From positions 1,280,001-1,344,000 of the forward strand of contig OZ241855.1 of NCBI GenBank assembly GCA_965202785.1: DNA of 64,000 nucleotides, given 5' to 3'. Position 1 is the first letter of the stretch. Every line of letters begins with the position of its first letter. Below are positions 59,551 through 64,000 of this stretch, in pieces. The notes beneath the pieces were generated by a model that was not told where the DNA came from, made no database searches, and worked only from the letters and a program-made list of their open reading frames with translations. Source of the stretch: Thermodesulfobacteriota bacterium. Its GTDB lineage: Bacteria; Desulfobacterota_D; UBA1144; Nemesobacterales; Nemesobacteraceae. The position numbers and the translations under genes were made by a program.

Positions 59551-60699
59551 ATGCTCGCTTCGTCTCTTACGCAAGAGCAGCGTCTAATTAAAAATCTGGC
59601 CTCGGAGTTTGCCGAAAAAGAAATCAAACCGGTTGCCTCCGAAATTGACAAAACCAGCACTTTTCCCTCAGAAATCGTGGAAAAGCTGTTTGACCTGGGC
59701 TTTATGGGCCATTTCATTGAAGAGCGCTACGGCGGAAGCGGTCTCGATTGCCTCTCATACGTGATAGCCATTGAGGAGATATCCCGGGCCTGCGCTTCAA
59801 CCGGGACGATAGTTATGGCCCATAATTCCCTTGCGTGCGCTCCGATTATTGATTTCGGCACCGAGGAGCAGAAGGAAGAATACCTGCCGCGGATGTGCCG
59901 GGGCGCCATAGGGTGCTTCGCTCTTAGTGAACCCGAGTCGGGCTCGGATGCGGCAGGCATAAAGGCAAGCGCCGTGAAAAAAAGCGGGGTTTACATACTT
60001 AACGGAACGAAAAGCTGGGTTACGAACGGTCGCGAGGCGAAAGTCGCCGTAGTTTTCGCAAAGACCGACAAGACGGAACGAAGCGGTGGGATCACGGCAT
60101 TTATCATTGATCTTGACGCTCCTGGAATCTCTCTTGGAAAGTCGGAGAGCAAGCTCGGAATAAAGGGGACGAGTACCTCGCAGATTGTCTTTGAGAACTG
60201 CGAGGTGCCGGCGAGCCGGGTCCTCGGCAAAGAGGAAGAGGGTTTTAAGGTCGCCATGAAAACGCTTGATGCGGGAAGAATAGGGGTCGCGGCCCAGGCT
60301 GTGGGCATAGCCCAGGCGGTCCTTGACTCCTCGACGCGGTATTCCCGGGAAAGGGAGGCTTTCGGCAAGAAGATCTCGGATTTTCAGGGTATACAGTTCA
60401 TGCTTGCCGACATGGCGACCAGGATCGAGGCCTCGAGGCTGCTTACCTGCAAGGCGGCCTTGATGAAGGATCGCGGAGAAAAATACGCCAAGCACTCCTC
60501 CATGGCCAAGCTCTACGCTTCGGAGACCGCGATGTGGGTGGCGACCAAGGGCATTCAGATACACGGAGGAAACGGATATACGACCGATTATCCGGTGGAA
60601 CGGCATTTCCGCGACGCCAAGATAACGGAGATATATGAAGGAACCTCTGAGATACAGAGGATCGTTATCGCCAGGCAGGTTCTTTCCGAGTCGCTCTAA
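59551..60699 (+). CDS. Short-chain/butyryl-CoA dehydrogenase
   Basis: [40 protein letters not shown]. Confidence 0.93.
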   Translation: MLASSLTQEQRLIKNLASEFAEKEIKPVASEIDKTSTFPSEIVEKLFDLGFMGHFIEERYGGSGLDCLSYVIAIEEISRACASTGTIVMAHNSLACAPIIDFGTEEQKEEYLPRMCRGAIGCFALSEPESGSDAAGIKASAVKKSGVYILNGTKSWVTNGREAKVAVVFAKTDKTERSGGITAFIIDLDAPGISLGKSESKLGIKGTSTSQIVFENCEVPASRVLGKEEEGFKVAMKTLDAGRIGVAAQAVGIAQAVLDSSTRYSREREAFGKKISDFQGIQFMLADMATRIEASRLLTCKAALMKDRGEKYAKHSSMAKLYASETAMWVATKGIQIHGGNGYTTDYPVERHFRDAKITEIYEGTSEIQRIVIARQVLSESL

Positions 60700-60729
60700 G
60701 CTGTTATAATTCAGGGTCCATAATCAGTT

Positions 60730-61614
60730 ATGAGTCAGGAGAAAAGCATGTCCGAGTCAAACATAAACACTGTAGGTATCGTGGGGGCTGGCACTATGGG
60801 TTCAGGCATAGCGGAGCTTGTCGCCTCAGCGGGGAAAAACGTCGTTCTTTTGGATATTGAAAAAGATATCGCGGAGGATGCAGTCGCAAAAATAGGAAAA
60901 AGTCTTGGCAGACTGGCGCGAAGAGGCAAAATCGACGAGGAGCAGGTCACCTTGATCGTCTCAAGGCTTCACCCGACCGAAGACTACGGTGATTTCCGCG
61001 ACGCGGACATAGTGATTGAGGCCGCAAGCGAGGATATAGACCTTAAAAAGGCGGTTTTCGCCAAGATCGAGGAGAACACCGGAGAAGACACAATTATCGC
61101 AACTAACACATCGACCCTCTCGGTTACGGAGCTTGCCATGGGTACCTCTAGGCCCGAAAAAGTTGTTGGAATGCACTTTTTTAATCCCGCACCGATAATG
61201 AAGCTGGTTGAAGTGATCAATACTGCCAAAACATCGCCTGAGATCCTTGAGGAGACGATGGAATTCGCGAGGAGTCTTGATAAATATCCGATTATGGCAA
61301 AAGACAGAGCCGGATTCGTTGTAAACAGGATTCTGCTGCCGATGATAAACGAAGCGATTTTCACCCTTGATGAGGGCATTGCCGCGGCGGCAGAGATCGA
61401 TAACGCCATGAAACTCGGAGCAAATCATCCCATAGGGCCGCTTGCGCTTGCGGACCTCATAGGGCTTGACGTCACCCTGAGCGTACTTGACGTTCTCTAC
61501 ACAGAATATGGAGACCAGAAGTTCAGACCCGCTCCGCTTCTTAAGGAAATGGTGAGGGCAGGGAATCTGGGCAGAAAGACAGGAAAAGGCTTTTTTGAAT
61601 ATGGCAGAAAGTAA
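60730..61614 (+). CDS. hbd: 3-hydroxybutyryl-CoA dehydrogenase
   Basis: VGAGTMGSGIA, TNTST, GMHFFNPAP, GANHPIGPL. Confidence 0.92.
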   Translation: MSQEKSMSESNINTVGIVGAGTMGSGIAELVASAGKNVVLLDIEKDIAEDAVAKIGKSLGRLARRGKIDEEQVTLIVSRLHPTEDYGDFRDADIVIEAASEDIDLKKAVFAKIEENTGEDTIIATNTSTLSVTELAMGTSRPEKVVGMHFFNPAPIMKLVEVINTAKTSPEILEETMEFARSLDKYPIMAKDRAGFVVNRILLPMINEAIFTLDEGIAAAAEIDNAMKLGANHPIGPLALADLIGLDVTLSVLDVLYTEYGDQKFRPAPLLKEMVRAGNLGRKTGKGFFEYGRK

Positions 61615-61625
61615 AGGAGGCATAA

Positions 61626-62408
61626 ATGTACAAGGATCTTTTGTTTGAAAGCACTGATGACGGCGTGGGAGTGTTGACGATTAACAAAGAGAGGTCTATG
61701 AATGTCCTCAATGGCGAAACCGTAGGGCAGCTCAAAGACTTTGTGACCGAAAAGCTGCCCGCCGAGAACATTAAGGTGCTGGTTGTGACCGGAGCCGGAG
61801 GAAAGGCTTTTGTGGCCGGGGCCGACGTAAGACAGATGAGTCAGATGACAACGGACGACTTCAAGGATTACTGTGCCCTGGGAAGAGGGGCTTTTGACTA
61901 CCTGGAGCAGGCATCTTTTCCGGTTATAGCCGCGATAAACGGATATGCCTTGGGAGGAGGGCTTGAATTTGCGCTTGCATGCGATATAAGAGTCGCCTCC
62001 GAAAATGCCCGCGTGGGTTTTCCCGAAACCAAGCTCGGTCTCTTTCCCTGCTGGGGAGGAACCCAGAGATCAACCAAACTTATAGGACCCGGAAAGACCA
62101 AGAAACTGATTTTTACCGGGGAGATGGTCACCGCTGCTGAAGCGCTTGCTCTCGGGCTTGTGGATAAGGTTGTAGAACAGGGAGAACTTATGGATGAGGT
62201 TATGAAAATAGCCCAGCAGATCGCGCGCAACAGCCCGCTTGCCGTCAGTTACGCCAAAAAAGCGATAAACCAGGGATCCGAGACAGGGCTTTCCGAAGGA
62301 CTTGCGTACGAGATGGAAACGGGATTTCAGTGTTTTGATTCCTATGACAGGGTTGAGGGGATGAGTGCATTTGTTGAGAAGAGGACAGCTGAGTTCAAAG
62401 GAGAGTAG
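61626..62408 (+). CDS. crt: Enoyl-CoA hydratase (crotonase)
   Basis: AFVAGAD, NGYALGGGLE, PETKLG, GGTQR. Confidence 0.9.
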   Translation: MYKDLLFESTDDGVGVLTINKERSMNVLNGETVGQLKDFVTEKLPAENIKVLVVTGAGGKAFVAGADVRQMSQMTTDDFKDYCALGRGAFDYLEQASFPVIAAINGYALGGGLEFALACDIRVASENARVGFPETKLGLFPCWGGTQRSTKLIGPGKTKKLIFTGEMVTAAEALALGLVDKVVEQGELMDEVMKIAQQIARNSPLAVSYAKKAINQGSETGLSEGLAYEMETGFQCFDSYDRVEGMSAFVEKRTAEFKGE

Positions 62409-62410
62409 CA

Positions 62411-63601
62411 ATGGAAAAAGTCGTGCTTTCAGAACCACTTAGAACCGCGATAGGGACATTTGGAGGAACGCTTAAGGATGTTTCCGCGGTCGATCTCGGG
62501 ACGGCGGTCGTCAAGGAGATTATAAGCAGGGCGTCCCTGCCGCCCGAACAGGTGGATGACTGTATAATGGGCAATATACTGGGAGCGGGACAAGGGCAGA
62601 ATCCGGCGAGACAGGTATCGATTAATTCCGGATTAAAAGCTGAGACCCCCGCGATTACCGTTAACAGGGTCTGTGGTTCGGGCCTTCAGTCCGTCGTGAA
62701 TGCCGCCCAGGCCATAAAGTCCGGCGACTGCGGATGCGTTGTGGCGGGAGGGATGGAAAGCATGAGCGTGGCTCCCTTCTATCTTCGGAAAGCCAGATGG
62801 GGATACAAGATGTCAACGCCTTCGGATGAGCTTGTGGACGGAATTCTGTGTGACGGGCTCATGGATGCGTTTAACGATTACCACATGGGCGTTACGGCGG
62901 AGAACCTTGCGGAGAAATATGAAATATCAAGAGAGCGCCAGGACGAGTTCGCTTACTCAAGCCAGATGAAAGCCAAAGCCGCTATGGAGGGCGGGAAATT
63001 CACCTCCCAGATAGTTCCGGTGTCTGTTCCCGGGCGAAGGGGCAGTTCTGTTCAGTTTGACACTGACGAGCATCCGAGGCCGGATGTTACGCTTGAGAAT
63101 ATCTCGAAGTTAAGACCGGTTTTCAAGAAAGACGGTACGGTAACAGCGGCGAACTCCTCGGGCATTAACGACGGAGCCGCCGCCTTGATCGTCACGTCCG
63201 AGAGCAAAGCGGAAAAACTGGGCCTGAATGCGCTTGCGTCGATTAAGTCCTACGCGATTTCCGGTGTTGACCCTGCGATCATGGGGATCGGTCCGGTTCC
63301 CGCAATGCGCATGGCTCTTGATAAAGCCGGACTCGGAATCGACGACATCGATCTGGTTGAACTCAACGAGGCCTTCGCGGCGCAGTCCCTCGCCGTACTG
63401 AGCGATTTTCCCATTGCGGAGGAGAAACTGAACATAAACGGCGGAGCCATAGCGCTCGGGCACCCAGTTGGGGCTACGGGGGCGGTGCTGCTCGTAAAAC
63501 TTCTTCATGAATTTGAAAACGTCCGCCCCGGCGGGTACGGAATGGTTTCTCTGTGCATGGGCGGCGGCATGGGTATAGCAATGATTGTCGAAAAAATGTA
63601 A
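62411..63601 (+). CDS. Acetyl-CoA C-acetyltransferase (thiolase)
   Basis: VNRVCGSGL, NEAFAAQ, GHPVGATG, LCMGGGMG. Confidence 0.95.
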   Translation: MEKVVLSEPLRTAIGTFGGTLKDVSAVDLGTAVVKEIISRASLPPEQVDDCIMGNILGAGQGQNPARQVSINSGLKAETPAITVNRVCGSGLQSVVNAAQAIKSGDCGCVVAGGMESMSVAPFYLRKARWGYKMSTPSDELVDGILCDGLMDAFNDYHMGVTAENLAEKYEISRERQDEFAYSSQMKAKAAMEGGKFTSQIVPVSVPGRRGSSVQFDTDEHPRPDVTLENISKLRPVFKKDGTVTAANSSGINDGAAALIVTSESKAEKLGLNALASIKSYAISGVDPAIMGIGPVPAMRMALDKAGLGIDDIDLVELNEAFAAQSLAVLSDFPIAEEKLNINGGAIALGHPVGATGAVLLVKLLHEFENVRPGGYGMVSLCMGGGMGIAMIVEKM

Positions 63602-63660
63602 ACTCAGACATAAACGGTGGCTGTCCGAGTGGGCGAATTACCTTAACCAATAGGCCCGAT

Positions 63661-64000
63661 ATGAGCGAAAAAATCAAAATAGAGATCATGGATGACGGTC
63701 CCCTGATTGTAAGCGACCTCGAGTTGCTTGAAGACGGGGAAGGGAACGGGGTTGCGATAAAAAAGAAAACCGCTCTTTGCCGCTGCGGGACCTCTGGAAA
63801 CAAGCCGTTTTGCGATGGTTCGCACAGGGGGGCGGGGTTTAAGAGCAGTCTTCCGTCCGGCGAATCTTCTGCTCCCGCCAAGGAAGGGGATGCCGTTATA
63901 AGGTCGCTTAAAAACGGTCCCTACGAGGTTTGCGGAGATATTGAACTTTGCGTTGAGGATGATTCGGGGCTCTCGGGGGATGATCCTTACTATCTCTGCC
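63661..64000 (+). CDS. CDGSH iron-sulfur domain protein (runs off the window)
   Basis: Manual translation: DGPLIV...ALCRCGTSGNKPFCDGSH, with a second repeat starting NGPYEV...YLC. Confidence 0.88.
   Translation, partial: MSEKIKIEIMDDGPLIVSDLELLEDGEGNGVAIKKKTALCRCGTSGNKPFCDGSHRGAGFKSSLPSGESSAPAKEGDAVIRSLKNGPYEVCGDIELCVEDDSGLSGDDPYYLC

Noticed and set aside
59551-63601. Beta-oxidation operon as sterol side-chain degradation genes
   Set aside because: The proteins look like ordinary short-chain enzymes and lack the shared motif; adjacency alone is insufficient.

Overview
Bacterial chromosome window. A housekeeping backbone (malate synthase, tRNA-His, ychF, pyrD, argJ, recO, futalosine-pathway mqnP/ubiX/ubiD/mqnE, msrA, aat, rpmE2, hemB, htpG, and an acyl-CoA dehydrogenase-hbd-crt-thiolase operon) carries several accessory inserts. 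The main one is a ~28 kb region (30.2-58 kb) of sterol-type enzymes and lipid transporters. It holds two inverted, active-site-diverged sterol C-24 methyltransferases, an ERG4/ERG24-family reductase, two Neverland/KshA-like Rieske oxygenases, two tandem GPP34-cytochrome P450 fusions lacking the I-helix threonine, an FAD oxidoreductase, two MMPL/RND transporters, a LolA-like protein and an outer-membrane protein. Six of these genes share an upstream CAGATTTGACTATA-like motif. A broken satellite at 8.7-10.4 kb contains a Rieske fragment, an intact ERG24-like reductase and a CYP51-like N-terminal stub. No squalene epoxidase or oxidosqualene cyclase is in the window, so the region reads as a sterol import-and-remodelling system (inference; plausible for a host-associated bacterium such as a sponge symbiont). 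Also seen: a HEPN-STAND-TPR candidate defence gene, a sigma-less partner-switching module, an NCS2 permease fused to a degenerate RsbW-like domain, a 52-bp inverted repeat pair enclosing tRNA fragments, IS remnants, and a poly-G frameshifted lipoprotein. All calls come from motif reading by eye; no searches were run.
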